From Paraspadella gotoi (Eukaryota; Animalia; Chaetognatha): 64,000 nucleotides of DNA. The stretch is taken from assembly GCA_051294375.1 (NCBI GenBank), contig CM119267.1, forward strand, positions 6,534,367-6,598,366, read 5' to 3'. The position numbers and the translations under genes are program-made. A model generated the notes under the pieces. The model was given only the letters and a program-made list of their open reading frames with translations, had not been told where the DNA came from and did not search any database. The first letter of the stretch is position 1. Each line of letters begins with the position of its first letter. Positions 1 to 18,000 of this stretch are shown here, piece after piece.

Positions 1-1622
1 TCTAAATGGAATACAGTTCTTATTACAATAATAGCTTGAAAAAAGAAAAGGTAGTAAATTATTTTAATTTTGTCGTTGGTAAAGGACAGTACAATGACGA
101 TGGAACAAAGTCAGGACTGTAGTGTTAAGAGAGCGAATGTGTCGGGCTCATAACTGAAGCGACTGATTCAAATTTCATTAGGAAACGTAAAACGGGAGAA
201 AAAAGACATAGAAAAAATTTTAGAGACTAAAAACGAATACATATTTGGGCTCTTTATTAAAAAAAACATTACTGTGACCTTAGGAATCGATCTGCCGTAA
301 AAAGAGGGGGGGGCAGAGAGGGGAGGAGGGGTGGGGAGAGGGATAGAGATAAAAATAAGAATAAGAAAAAGCACGACAACTTAGCTTCAGAAAAAAAACA
401 TTGAGAATCAGGTAATATTAGCGGTAGCCGACCGAATTCAAATTTTAATAAGAACAGCATTAAACTAATCCATTATTGGTATTAATTATTGTGTTAAAAT
501 ATTTTTTGGCAAAAATGTTCCAAACCATGAGTAATTCGCTAATTAATATTATTATATCGTATATAATGTCAAAAATTTTTGGGGGATATTTTAATTTTTT
601 TAATTGATTCTGATAGAGCTTAAAAAGTTAAGCAAAAAATATAATTACAACTTTTTAAAATTTTGATGTTTTATTATTAAAAATTAGTAAAAACTGCTAA
701 AATCATCGTATGATGATGATTCTTTAAGGTTTTTCCCAATTTTAACCCACTTATCATCAAAATATTGAAAAAAGAATTATACTTTGTGCAGATAACTTTT
801 TATAAGCTATTTGAATCTGCTTTTAAAAATACAAAATTCAAAAAAATTTTTTTGACATTTCCTATCTATAAATAAATATTAAAAAATTAATTACTAATGC
901 TTCTAGACATTTTAGAAAATTTGGGTCCATTGAAAGTTTTCTCAGAAATGTATGAAGTTTCATTTGGAAAGGTTCCCAAATCAAACTTCTGACCCACCCC
1001 ATTGACGAAGTTTGGCTCTAGTAATATGAATGTTTTTGTAACATTGCTTAGAAAATTTTAAACAAGATCTTTCATTTATCATAGTGAATTATGTTAAAAA
1101 TACCCATTTCAGTCAAGGTACGAGCCTCGAGGAATAACGAAATTATTTGTTTATTTATACGTATACAACGCTTAGAATTTTGGTACATTCACTGTCCTTA
1201 AATCCTGCTTAACTACATCCACCACAAACGATTTCATGACCGACTACATATAGTGGTATAACCGTACAACTTTCTTTGAACTAGTACAAAATAAAATTAC
1301 ATTTACTTTGTTAATTACATACTAGGCTTCATTATAATTGAAATAATAGAATTAATTATAATTGAAATAGTTTTGTAAGGGATCCCAGAGGTTGGATTAT
1401 TTTAAATGTTCGCTATATAGGTAACAAATGTAACATTAAAACAAACCGAAGAAATTGCCTCCAATAAAATTATAAATGAACGAATTTCGAAAGCGACTTG
1501 CAGTCGAGAGGATGATGTTTTTTCCCCCCCCCCCGTTTCTTTTTCTTGCACTCGCATTCACAATATAAAAATTGAAAATCTGAGTCCAATTTTAAATTTC
1601 AACGGGCGAGAGGCGCGGAAAT

Positions 1623-7094
<5,472 letters not shown>

Positions 7095-7505
7095 GGCTCA
7101 GGAAGTGCTTGCTGTGAAAGAAATCTGGAGGCAAAAAATATTTGAAAAAAAAAAACTAAACACAGAAATATTCTATAACCGTTCACTTTTTAAATTAATT
7201 TCCTAAATTAACGAAAAAGAGGGAAAAAACGGAACACTGATAAAAAATATTTGTTCACTACATATGTTGATTTTGCTAAGACAATGAAATTCTACACGTC
7301 AATGTGACGTACTATCTTTCAGTACCGAAATGTAATTTATGGTATTCTCCAAATTATACGTGAATGAAAGTTAAATTCCAGAGAAAGACTCATATTAAAA
7401 TACTATGAGAAAACTAAATCCTTAATAACTTTTATCGTTTGAACAATGTGTAAGCTCGTATCCTCTATGTACCATTCTTATAGCTCATGTAAATTGTACA
7501 GAGTT

Positions 7506-10500
7506 TTAAGAGCCATTTTTCGCCGAGTTTTCGAGACTCTCGCTCATTTCATCAACGCGCGACTGGAGGCTTTTTTGTTGCGAATGGAGAGCGTCCTTGA
7601 GAACGACCGATTTGGCTTTGGTTTTGTCGAGTTCGCGCCCGTTCTCTTCGAGGTCTTTCTTTAAATCCTGGATTCGACCTTTGTTTGCTTCTCGCTCGGC
7701 CTCCAGACGTTCGTTGTCTTCCTTCAATCCCGCCAATTCTTTTTCCATCGCCTTCGCCTTTTCTCGAGCAGCGAACTTCCTCGTCTCGCTCACCGCGATT
7801 TTGTGAAAAAAATCCTCCAGATCAATTTTGTCCCCGCGGTACGAGACTAGGTCATCCGGCATCGTTGACTTTCCGCCGGCGTTGGTTCGCACTGGGGAAT
7901 ATGGATCGGCGACTCCCTCAGTCTCGACGGTGCTGCGCTCGACAAACGAGGAACGAAATAACGAAGAGTCTTCAAGATTCGATAGACTCGCGGAGTTGCC
8001 CACGTTTTCGCAGCGTTTGCCTTGATCGCCGGGTAACAACTCGTCGTCGTCTGGTCGGTCTCTGGTGCAGAACTTACGATAGGAGAGATAATCCCGAGTG
8101 AAGACTTTAGCAATGAGCCGACGAATTTGACTTTTGGACAGATTTAAACCCAAAATGGAAAGAATATCCTCGACGTCTCGGTCCTCTAAATAGCCACAGC
8201 GATTGAGGTCAAAAAACGTGAACGCGAAAAGCGATTGAATATCAGTTTTTAAAGGTCCTACATTTTTAACAGCATCTAACTCTTGACCTGGTTCCGTTTT
8301 CAATTTTTTAACGGGAGGTTCTTCTTTTATCTTTCCGTTTTCGGCAGAAAGGGTCAACGCTTGAAAAATTTTCATGCCTTGATCTCTTAACAACATTTCA
8401 TAAAAAAGCTCTGAAAACAACGATACTTCGAATGAACTTTCTTTCTGGTCATCCTGTTTGTAGTTAAGAAGATAACTTAAGGATTTAACAGAACAGTCAA
8501 ATTTTCCAGTTTTTGCTGCGTGATTAGGATAAACTAAAATAGCAGGTTCTAGCGAGTTTTGATCTCTGGATAACCCAGCCTCTGTTTCAACTGTTTCAAT
8601 AGTTTCGCTAATCAATACTTTAGTGTTAATTTTACTCAACAATTCGTCCTTTTCTTCAATGACATCTTGTTCAGATTTCAATGCTTTTTGTAGGCGAGCA
8701 ATTAATTGCGTTTTCAAACCTTGATCAGGTAGATTTCTTTTTTTTAACTCCTGACGTAACTCTTCAACTTTCATCTTTTTTGGGTCAGGATCTTGAAGAT
8801 TTTTGCCAAGAGTCTCTGAGTCATTCAACTTGAGATCTTTAATTTCGCCATCTTCGTTTGGTAATTCCATGCGGACCCTCATTCTGAATCGGATCCCTTC
8901 TTTTCGGTTCTGGGTATCGGCGACAGAATTCCAAATATCTGGCAGAAATATCACTACGGTCTCCGTTCTAGCAGCAACGGGTTTTCCTCTGTAGGTCTCC
9001 TCCGGCCGAAAATAATATATCTCTAAAAATTTGTACCAGGTTGTACAGCGACTCAAATCAATTCCTGTGAGTGATTTGGTGGTTCGAATGGCAGTGCGTA
9101 TCAAAACTTTTGGATCAGAGTCGGGATTAGCACCATCCTCCGAGGGAGACCAAGGGCCACCAATCGCCATAATTTCGTGCTTGTTTTTTAATCCGACAAG
9201 AAACTCGAAGCATTTACTAGCGTGCACTAAATCATCGTGACTGTTTTCAGATGATATGGTCCTTGAACATAACTCCTTGAAACAAGGAAAACTAAGCAGC
9301 ATAACCTTTGCCACAAATTGATGGGTTACATCTTCAGGTTCCGAAAAACTTTCAGTTTGATCCTCTTTTTTTTCAGAACGTATTTGAAACGAAGGAGGAG
9401 CATTCGCTTGAACAATAGGAAATGGATGTTGATTATCAAAAGTAGAATTACAAAATAAGAAAGCCGAGAAAAAATCTGATGGAATATACAAATTAGGGTA
9501 TCTAGATTTTAACGAGACAACATCGACGTCTTTTGTAACTGTAGAAAATTTCGGCACCTTTACATAATATCGTGGAAAAGTTTTGAGAGATTGAACCTTC
9601 TCATCTGGTTTAGTGTCTGACAAAGATTTTAGTGGAGAATCGGGCCTTTTTCTTCCCGAAGATGGAGAAGATTCCCTCGATACACTCTCATTAAAATTCT
9701 CTTTCCCGTGACCTCGGGAGGATTCTGACTCAGGAGAACTTTCTCTCTTCTCAGAAAACCCTTGGCCTGATTTTAAGCCAGCCTTAACTCTTTCTCTATC
9801 AGCAGTCGTTGGAGTCAATACCCCTCTGGCTCCGGCCCTTAACCGAGGAGGTAATGCAACAGCAGGAGACTTTTGCGGCGGAAGAGTCTGTTGTAACGTC
9901 TGTTGCTGTTGTGAAGGCTGCTGTGGATGCTGCGGTGGATGTTGGGGCTGTGTTTGAGAAACTTGCCAGTTCTGAATTATAGGTTGATTACCTATGTCTG
10001 TATTAAGCATTAATGGAGGCATTACAGAACCGGGTACGTCATTGTCTTTTTGCTGATTGGGCAACACCTGAATTCTATTGGCGTTCCATTTAAATGGCAT
10101 GTTTGGATTGAAAGAGGCCTCCACTAGAACTTTTTCACCAACTTTAGGGCGAACTCCTTTAATAACATCAAATTGAAAAAATACTTCTTCCTCAACAAAC
10201 CCAAAAGTATCTAGCATCTTGGTGACGGAGCCCGTAAACACCCTTTGCTTGTTAGAAGGAATAAGCTGATTTGAGGATCCAACTATTCCCAAATGAGGAT
10301 TAGGCGGAGCTGGATTTAAAACAAGAGGAGCTTCTGACATTCCAGTATTAGCTGCATGCATTGGTCGAGGAGGTGGATATCGGACCACCTCTGGAGTATG
10401 TATGTGGGGTAAAAGAGGGGGTGGAAATTGCTGAGCTTGTTGAACGGGCAGTCCCCCAAGAACGGGTTGTCCATGAGCTGCTGCTGGTAGTTGCAAGGAC

Positions 10501-10709
10501 CCGGCCGCAAAATGGCCCTGCGGAGGATTATTCAAAATCATAGGAGAAGATGCAAGCAAGGGTGGAGGGCTTCTGCTGTTCGGATTAAGGTTCATCAAAG
10601 GTATAGGATGCTGAGAAATTCCTCCTTGTGGTTGTGGGTTGATGTTTTGAGGAGTTGTCCGCGGAGGTCCCACCAATCCAGGGAAAGTCGGCAAATTTCT
10701 TCCGTCCAT
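7506..10709 (-). CDS. CCAR1: CCAR1/DBC1-family protein, copy A; single coding exon, ~1067 aa
   Basis: Uninterrupted ORF; the first ATG at 10709 lies just after a tttag acceptor. It has a Q/P-rich N-terminus, S1-like domain (QRVFTGSVTKMLDTFGFVEEEVFF...MPFKWNA), DBC1/Nudix-like domain (AIGGPWSPSEDG...GIDLSRCTTWYKF), SAP motif (KMKVEELRQELKKRNL...GLKTQLIARL), ESSFEVSLFSELFYEML, EF-hand-like FFDLNRCGYL and a C-terminal coiled coil. Confidence 0.93.
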   Translation of the reverse strand: MDGRNLPTFPGLVGPPRTTPQNINPQPQGGISQHPIPLMNLNPNSRSPPPLLASSPMILNNPPQGHFAAGSLQLPAAAHGQPVLGGLPVQQAQQFPPPLLPHIHTPEVVRYPPPRPMHAANTGMSEAPLVLNPAPPNPHLGIVGSSNQLIPSNKQRVFTGSVTKMLDTFGFVEEEVFFQFDVIKGVRPKVGEKVLVEASFNPNMPFKWNANRIQVLPNQQKDNDVPGSVMPPLMLNTDIGNQPIIQNWQVSQTQPQHPPQHPQQPSQQQQTLQQTLPPQKSPAVALPPRLRAGARGVLTPTTADRERVKAGLKSGQGFSEKRESSPESESSRGHGKENFNESVSRESSPSSGRKRPDSPLKSLSDTKPDEKVQSLKTFPRYYVKVPKFSTVTKDVDVVSLKSRYPNLYIPSDFFSAFLFCNSTFDNQHPFPIVQANAPPSFQIRSEKKEDQTESFSEPEDVTHQFVAKVMLLSFPCFKELCSRTISSENSHDDLVHASKCFEFLVGLKNKHEIMAIGGPWSPSEDGANPDSDPKVLIRTAIRTTKSLTGIDLSRCTTWYKFLEIYYFRPEETYRGKPVAARTETVVIFLPDIWNSVADTQNRKEGIRFRMRVRMELPNEDGEIKDLKLNDSETLGKNLQDPDPKKMKVEELRQELKKRNLPDQGLKTQLIARLQKALKSEQDVIEEKDELLSKINTKVLISETIETVETEAGLSRDQNSLEPAILVYPNHAAKTGKFDCSVKSLSYLLNYKQDDQKESSFEVSLFSELFYEMLLRDQGMKIFQALTLSAENGKIKEEPPVKKLKTEPGQELDAVKNVGPLKTDIQSLFAFTFFDLNRCGYLEDRDVEDILSILGLNLSKSQIRRLIAKVFTRDYLSYRKFCTRDRPDDDELLPGDQGKRCENVGNSASLSNLEDSSLFRSSFVERSTVETEGVADPYSPVRTNAGGKSTMPDDLVSYRGDKIDLEDFFHKIAVSETRKFAAREKAKAMEKELAGLKEDNERLEAEREANKGRIQDLKKDLEENGRELDKTKAKSVVLKDALHSQQKSLQSRVDEMSESLENSAKNGS

Positions 10710-10916
10710 TTTCAAAAACCCTAAAATTAAATATTTTTAATGATCGAACATGTTAAAAGCAAACATCCAAAATTTGCTTAATTAATATTAAGATATGTCT
10801 TTGATTAGAGTTAGTATATTTCAACTGATAAATTTGCACTCTTTAAACTGAGATGTTTTGATTCTAAGCCTTCTTCACCAAAACACGAGCTATTTTGCCC
10901 ATGACTTTGGTCAGGC

Positions 10917-11185
10917 TATAGTGGATTAAGTCCTCTAAGTATGTGCGTTTCTTGTACGAGTATTGGAGACTTAAAGCCGCTTTACCACCTAGTTATAAGT
11001 ACTATGCCGCAGCCGCTTTGTGACTAAGTGGGCTCACCCACCATTCCAACCGTGAATTCCAGGTTCAATACATGAGGCTTTTAGCTAATTTGCCAATTTA
11101 TTTCCTCCCGAGAACGGACCGCGACAGTGGTAGGTGGCGACCTGCTTAACGGGCATCACAAGAGATCCCCGCCGTTCCTAAATAC
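10917..11185 (+). mobile_element. GC-rich repeat-like insert with a tatagtggattaa start and B-box-like GGTTCAATAC
   Basis: Its start resembles the family 1 terminus. The segment caaccgtgaattccaggttcaat matches family 2 at 31618-31641. Confidence 0.4.
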
Positions 11186-12873
11186 TATTTTTTTCCCCAT
11201 TTTTCATGAAATCACTAAGATTATGAAAAATAAATTATTACCTGCAACCTTCGGACCAGTGAATGTGCTTATCTTGTTTTTGAGGTTACTTATGGCGCAA
11301 TCGTATGCCTAAGATTTAAAGGGAAAAAATTAATCAAGATACTTTGCTATAAACCATTATCAATACTATATCTAATTTTTTAATTCTTCAAATATAATTC
11401 ATCCGAGGTCCTTCTTAAATATTTACCTCCTACGTACTATATCAAAATTCAAACATTGCAGAATTCCAAATACAAAATAAAAAAGTTTACAATATAACCA
11501 CGAAATTCTTCCAACAGATAGTACGAGGGTGATTTATAACAAAAATACCATTTTCGACAGAACTGTTATATCGTTGTACTTTTTTATCAAATACGTAAAA
11601 TAAAGCCCTAAAATGTATAATTATTATCATTATTCAAACTTTAATGAAAAATAAAGTTTTTCGGTAAAACGAGTCAGTGAAAAATCTCAAATTAATTTAT
11701 TAATATTCTAAAAAAAGGTTCAAATAAAAACGATAGCTAGTTCTGGAAAAAGCTACATGAAGACTGTCCTTGGGCGTCGATAACTGAAAATCATGTAATC
11801 GAGATTTTATAGCATAAATTACATTACTTCATTACAGTAATTTTAAAAATGCTATATATTTTAGCATTAATTAATTAATCGTTACTTCGGTCAAAAATAT
11901 TTCAATACTCGTTTTGAATTCATATTATGGTTAAGGATATATATATTTTTAAAAAATTCTGAAAGATAAAAATTAAAATTAGCGCGGTTGTTGAGGGACC
12001 GATTAACCTTTAGATCAAATATTTGTTATATTGGCATAAATTACTCTTTATGACTCTGGGATGAGGTTAAAGTTATATTTCAAACCAACAAAAACACGCT
12101 CTTGAGATGAAGAATTTGTCATCAAAACCTTATAATAATGCCAACTCCCCATATTTCTAAAACTTTCAATTATATACGTAAATAAAATAGCGGTGGCGAA
12201 GACCTACGAAAGAATTGGTTAAAAAGGATGCCGCTTTAGATTTAACTGACATTTCTGCTTGAGAAAGGAGCAGAGGCTGTCGTCCGTGACGCCAAGCAAC
12301 GCTTTTCAAATCCGTCAGTTGCTGGAAAAAAATCGTTAGTAAATAAGAAGTACCGAAAAGGAAGGGGGAGCCTCCCCGCGAAGAAGAAGAAGAAAACGGT
12401 GATTCGTCGATCGAAGAGTTCAATCACCATCGACGGGCGAATTCCGTCGTCTTGGCAACCTGTGTCTGTGAATCTGAAAGCGAAAACGACGCGGAAATTC
12501 GAAGATGTTCAGCGCGATGAGACGTCAAAATAAAAGAAGGTCCGGCGACGAAACGGAATGTGGCAAAAGTTGATGAAAATTTATAATCAACGAACATTCA
12601 AAGCGACGTCAGTAATAATTAAAGGGCTTAATCATTTATAGGTATCAGCAAAACAAATACTAAGCGAATCGACTTTTAGATTTCGATAAAGATATCGTTC
12701 AAAATTGTTAACGCTTAATACGAGATAAAAGATGACAATCACTTTTTAGAAATGGGACTGATGGAAGCTAACGCATGAATATGAATGAGCGTAACTGGAT
12801 AGAACAGTGGAATCAAAAAATTATTAAAGTGAAATGACCTGATCTCTCGAGACTGAAGCATGGGTTTTTAATG

Positions 12874-15800
12874 TCAAGTATCTTCTTCGCTCGTTTCTAC
12901 GCTCTGTGATTTGCCGTTTTCTTCGTTCGGGGCGTCGTATTTTTTGAGAGTTTTTTCGATTATTTCGACACCCTTAGCCAGAGCGTCTCTCTGGCACTGA
13001 AGTACGTTAGTGAAAGCCGAAACTTTCGTTTGCTGCACGTGGAGATCAGCTGCAGAGGAAGTGTAAATATCATTTGTGAAAAATATACAGATTTGGAAAT
13101 CTGCATTGATACTTAGGAAAAACCAAGTTAAATTTGAATAAATTACCTAAAAGTTAAAAGAAACAAAGCAAACAAAGTTCCTCAAAACCTCACCCGCTGA
13201 TGCATCGTACGCCGCCTGCAAACGCTCCATCTCGATCGCGTCCTTACGGAGACTGTCTTGAAGCTCTTGCTTTCGATTCTTAACGATTTGAATCTCGGAC
13301 TCGGAGTTTTTGACGACCTCGTCCAAGGCACAGATGTCCGCCTCTACGTCCGCCAATTGTCCCGAAATTTTGTCCAGGTCTACGACGGAGCCACGAAATA
13401 CGACCAGAGTCGACGAAGACGACGACGTCGAAGGGTCGGCCAAGGGATTCGATAATACTTCCTCCACGTCTTGCATCGCCCCTGGAGAGGACCGACCTTC
13501 TTTTGAAACAAAAAAAGATACGTATTCAATAAACAGAAGAGTACATATAAAAACGAAATACGTGTAATTTCCGATTTACCTGGTCCGACATTTCGAGGGG
13601 CAGACTTTTCTTTCTCCTTCTCCTTTATTGACATCAACAAATCGACGTTTCCCATAACATCCGAACTAGACTCGGATTCCAAAACGTTAGCTTCTCCTTC
13701 GTATTTCCCGGTTATCGATTCGTAAATAATTTTATCTTTTTCCACGAAGTTTTTCGATACTTGCTTAATCTGACTCCTCGACAAGCTAAGGCCCAACGTT
13801 TCGAAGATGTCGGACAAATCTTTCTCGTAAAGGTAACCGCACCTGTTGAGATCGAAGTAGACGAAGGCGATAGCGAGCAGAGGATCCGCGCACTTTTCTT
13901 CGGGCGGCACTCGATCCTCTCCGCTAGATTTCAGAGTCAATTCTCTGTATATTTTAAGCCCGAAATCTCTCAACAACATCTCGTTGAATAACTCGGCAAA
14001 GAGAGATACTTCGAAGGAGCTCTCTTTCTGATCCTCGTGCCTGTAGTCAAGCAAGACGCTGAGAGACATCAAACTACAGTCGAATTTACCGCTTTTGGCC
14101 GTTTGGCTCGGATGAACTAAGAGTTGCGGAACGTGGGGCAAGTAATACATTTTTTCTAATCTTTGTACATCTTTATTTAATTGTATATCGTTTTGTAAAG
14201 AGGTTTTAAGATCTTCTTTATCGTGGTTCATTATCTCAGAGCCGAATTTTTCTCTTTCTCTGTCTTCCATTTCTCCGGCAATATCGTCTTGCTCCTGTTC
14301 AGCTTTGATCGCTTTTTGCATCTTGGCAATAAGGAGGGATTTGAGTCCAGTTTCGCTGACGTTTCGTAATCGCAACTGTTGCCGAAGCTCGCTTATTTTC
14401 ATCTTTTTCGGGTCTAATTCGGACCAGTGTTTCGGCTGTTCTCCGGGGCAATCCGCGGACGAATCCAAAGACGTCCCGACCGGGCCGGACGCCGCCTTTT
14501 CTATCGCCCTTTTTTGTAAAGTTTCTACCTTTTCATTTCCGATTTTTCGGTACGACGCAATAGTGCGTTCCCAAATTTCTTTATCGATCTCTGCGTTCCA
14601 AATATCGGGCAAAAACACAACAACGGTTTCCAAATGAGCGGGTATCACCGTTCCTTTATAGGTCTCCTCAGGGCGGTAATAATGCAACTGAACGAACTTG
14701 TACCACTTTTTGCAAAGGCTTAAGTCAATTCCGGTCAAAGCCTTGGTATTTCTAATCGCCGTCTTAACGAGGACCTTCGGATTGCCCAACGGGTCCAGGC
14801 CATCCAACGAAGGCGACCACGGCCCGCCGATGGCGGCAAGCTCATTCCTATTCTTGGTTCCGACCAAAAATTCCAGGCATCTGGTCGGGTGCTTGACGTC
14901 CTCCTTTTCTCGGCCGCTCGACAGTACTTTCTCGCAAAGCGCGTCGAACGTCGGCAGAGCCAGCAGCATAACTTTGGCGACGAACTCGTGATTGGCATCG
15001 GACGGATCAACGGCGCCCGAGCTGCTCGTCGGAGCCTCCGCGTCTTTCGAGAAGACGTTAAATCCTAAAGGCGTCTTTTTTTGAACCAAGGGAAAAGGAG
15101 AGTCGATTTCAAAGGCGGAGGACCAGGAGATTTGCGCGGAAATAAAATCGGACGGAATGTAAAGATTGGGATACCTCGCTCTCAAGGCAACCACATTAGC
15201 AATTTTAACCGCCGTAGAAATCTTGGGGATTTGAACGGAATAACGAGGCGAGGGTTTTACCCTACGTGGGGATCGCTCCTCCCTTTTCTCGTCCGACGGA
15301 CGGGGAGATCGAGAACGCGTTATATTACGAGATCTCCTCGCTTCGTCCGGCTCGTCTCTCTTTCCTTCCAAAGAACGATCCCTACGGCCGACGTCTCGCC
15401 TCTCTCGTTTCTCTCGCGGTCGACCCCTTGAGGCGTCCCCGCCCCTTCGATGGTCCAAACCCTCGTCTCGGGCCCTGTCGACCGCGAATCTCTCTCGTTT
15501 GCCGCCGTCCATCGCGTCACGAACCCAAGAATGCGACAATGACGAAGAAGACTGGGATCCGAATCCAGACGACTCTGTGTTGGATTGAACGGGAAGCGCT
15601 TGGACCCTGGAAGCGTTCCATTTGAAAGGCATGTTGTGATTGTATGACGCTTCGACAAGAACCTTGTCCCCAAGTTTGGGCCGCGGACCTTTAACCACGC
15701 TGTAGGAGAAGAAGACGTCGTCGTCGACGAAGCCGAACGAGTCGTGCAACTTCATCACGGAGCCCGTGAAGACGCGCTGTTTGTTGTTAGCGTTTTGAGC

Positions 15801-16256
15801 CTCGGTCCCGCGGGCAACGTTTTGACCCGCCACTGCTGGGGCAGGCTGGGACGAGCTTTGGAACTGAGGTCGAGGATAAGCCACGGGCTGGGCGATGAAC
15901 TGCGTTCTTTCTTTGTTAACGCTCGCCTCTAGTCCCAGTGGAGGCGCTTGGGCCGAGTTTCCCGGGAATCCCGCCAAGAACGAGTTACGGGGGGTGTGGT
16001 TTTGATTTCCCCCCGGGGCGGATGGCAGATTAAGCGGTGTCGAACCTGTTTGAGCGCTCGTCATCAACGGCGCTGGACCGAGAATGCCAGGGACGTGCTG
16101 TTGATGCTGCGGCGGCTGCATGATGGTGGAGCTGGTCAGAGGAAATCGTTGAGGGGGAAATCCACTCTCGAGAGTCGACTGGAACTGGCCGTGCGAAGTT
16201 TCCGGTTGAAGGGAAGGAGGATGCCAGTTGGTCGTCGCGAATGGAGGTTTGTCCAT
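12874..16256 (-). CDS. CCAR1: CCAR1/DBC1-family protein, copy B; 3 coding exons, ~1052 aa
   Basis: Exons 13580-16256, 13194-13499 and 12874-13049 are GT-AG and phase-compatible. Same domain order as copy A, plus an R/D/S-rich segment and HWSELDPKKMK before the SAP motif. Confidence 0.93.
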
Positions 16257-18000
16257 GTTTTCATTATTCAGAGTCAATTATAGCTGACAAGAAAATAAAT
16301 CCCTTGGCTTACAATTAGGAACAAAATAAAAATAACCAAGATACAATAAAAAGGTTCGGTTGTTTGTGCGAAGGGACGGGTATTTCTGAAACTTGTTTTG
16401 TACGTAAATATGTTTCATCCGCAGTACGTATTTTTTAACAAAGTGCACTAAACCTAAAGAGGGTAACAGCAAATTGAACAAATAAAGCAACCAGAAACTG
16501 AAAAATTCAAAATAAAAATTCTTTTATTGCTTTACATTGATGCTATTTGAAAGAGTAATGGAAGGAATGAAACTGGATAAAAAACTTTCCGAGACGATGT
16601 CTGCAGTTCCTTAGTAAGAAAATCACACCGCGAAACCCTCTTAAAATTATGTGAAAATGCAAAAACCAACCCCCTTTGGTATTTTTCGTTTTGGCTAAAT
16701 ATATCACAGTTCTCTGCAGAAGTCCTTTATTGGAGAAAAAGCCATAGTTTATGTAGACAAACATGCAAAATTGCAAATACCGTAGATATAGAGTTGGAAA
16801 ATTTGCAAGATTATAAGGAAAAATTTTATTAGTGAAAAGTAATTCCGAATTTTACTTACTTACTTAAAATTGTAGGTTTTATCATATTTTCCGGATATTA
16901 GAATTTTTTTCCTAGTAACCACAAATTTGCCAACACTTGGATTGTTGGCGCAAGTAAAAGTCAACAGTAACAGAACTGAAGTGTTTGTGCGGTTTTATAA
17001 CGCGGCGGCAAATAACTCAATCATTCAACATCCGCTGAAAATCGAAACATAGTAGCTCATTGAAGGAGAAGAGCGCCTTTTCATCTTATCTAAATATATA
17101 CAGATCCTAAAGTAGTAACGTATCAAACACACTTTCTTGAAACCTATTAAAAACTTTACAAAAAATATTTTAGATTCTGTAGAAAGAAAAATAAAATCCG
17201 GAAATAAATAAGTAATAATTAACTGAAACAAAAGGTGACGCTAATCATCCTCTCGCAAAAACTTCGGATGCTTCTAAACAGTTTGTTCCATGTCCAAAAC
17301 GAAAAATTCCATATTTGACGAAAAGGGATGTTTATCTTCAATACTATGTAAGGCAGGCACAATAAAAGAAAACCCTATATTGCGTGAAAGGACGTAAAAC
17401 TGGAAATTTACGATACGACGGCCACAATTTTTTTTTGAAGAATATGAGTATAATCTACACGAACGGATTGAACACAGCATGAATTTTTTTAAGTACTTAA
17501 TCAGATCTTATTTTGTTTATTAAACAATGCTCCAGTTTTTTCCGCCCTTCGGTCGAAACATTTTTTTTTAGATAAAATAAACCGAAACGTCCGCTTCTAA
17601 AAAAACAAACCCAGCAGTAATATATATGTAGCAAAACAATGGGTATGTAAAACTGGGAAGGTAAAAAAAATCCACACGAATGAGAAAGAATGAAAAAAAA
17701 AAACCGTGCTACTTATCCGTCAGAGGATACGCAATTACAGGGGGAAACATTTTCCCTGCGCTCTTCTGTTCTAGTGTAGTCGGGTATGAGTTTTAAGATC
17801 CAAAACAAACTCTTTCATCCCTTTAGCAATTTTCCCGCGTTGAGAGATCCTGACTACCTCAGGTATGGACACTCAACGAACGAAATAGGGAATGCAGATT
17901 TTTCCCCGTCCGCACAAAGTGAGTTTCAGACGAGAGACTAGCACTGGCGTTCCGAGGCGGGTGAACGTTTTAACCGAGAAGTGAGGGAGCGTTCCTCCAT

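Noticed and set aside
10918-10930. TATAGTGGATTAA resembling a bacterial Correia element end
   Set aside because: Only 13 nt, with no inverted partner, in a eukaryotic context.
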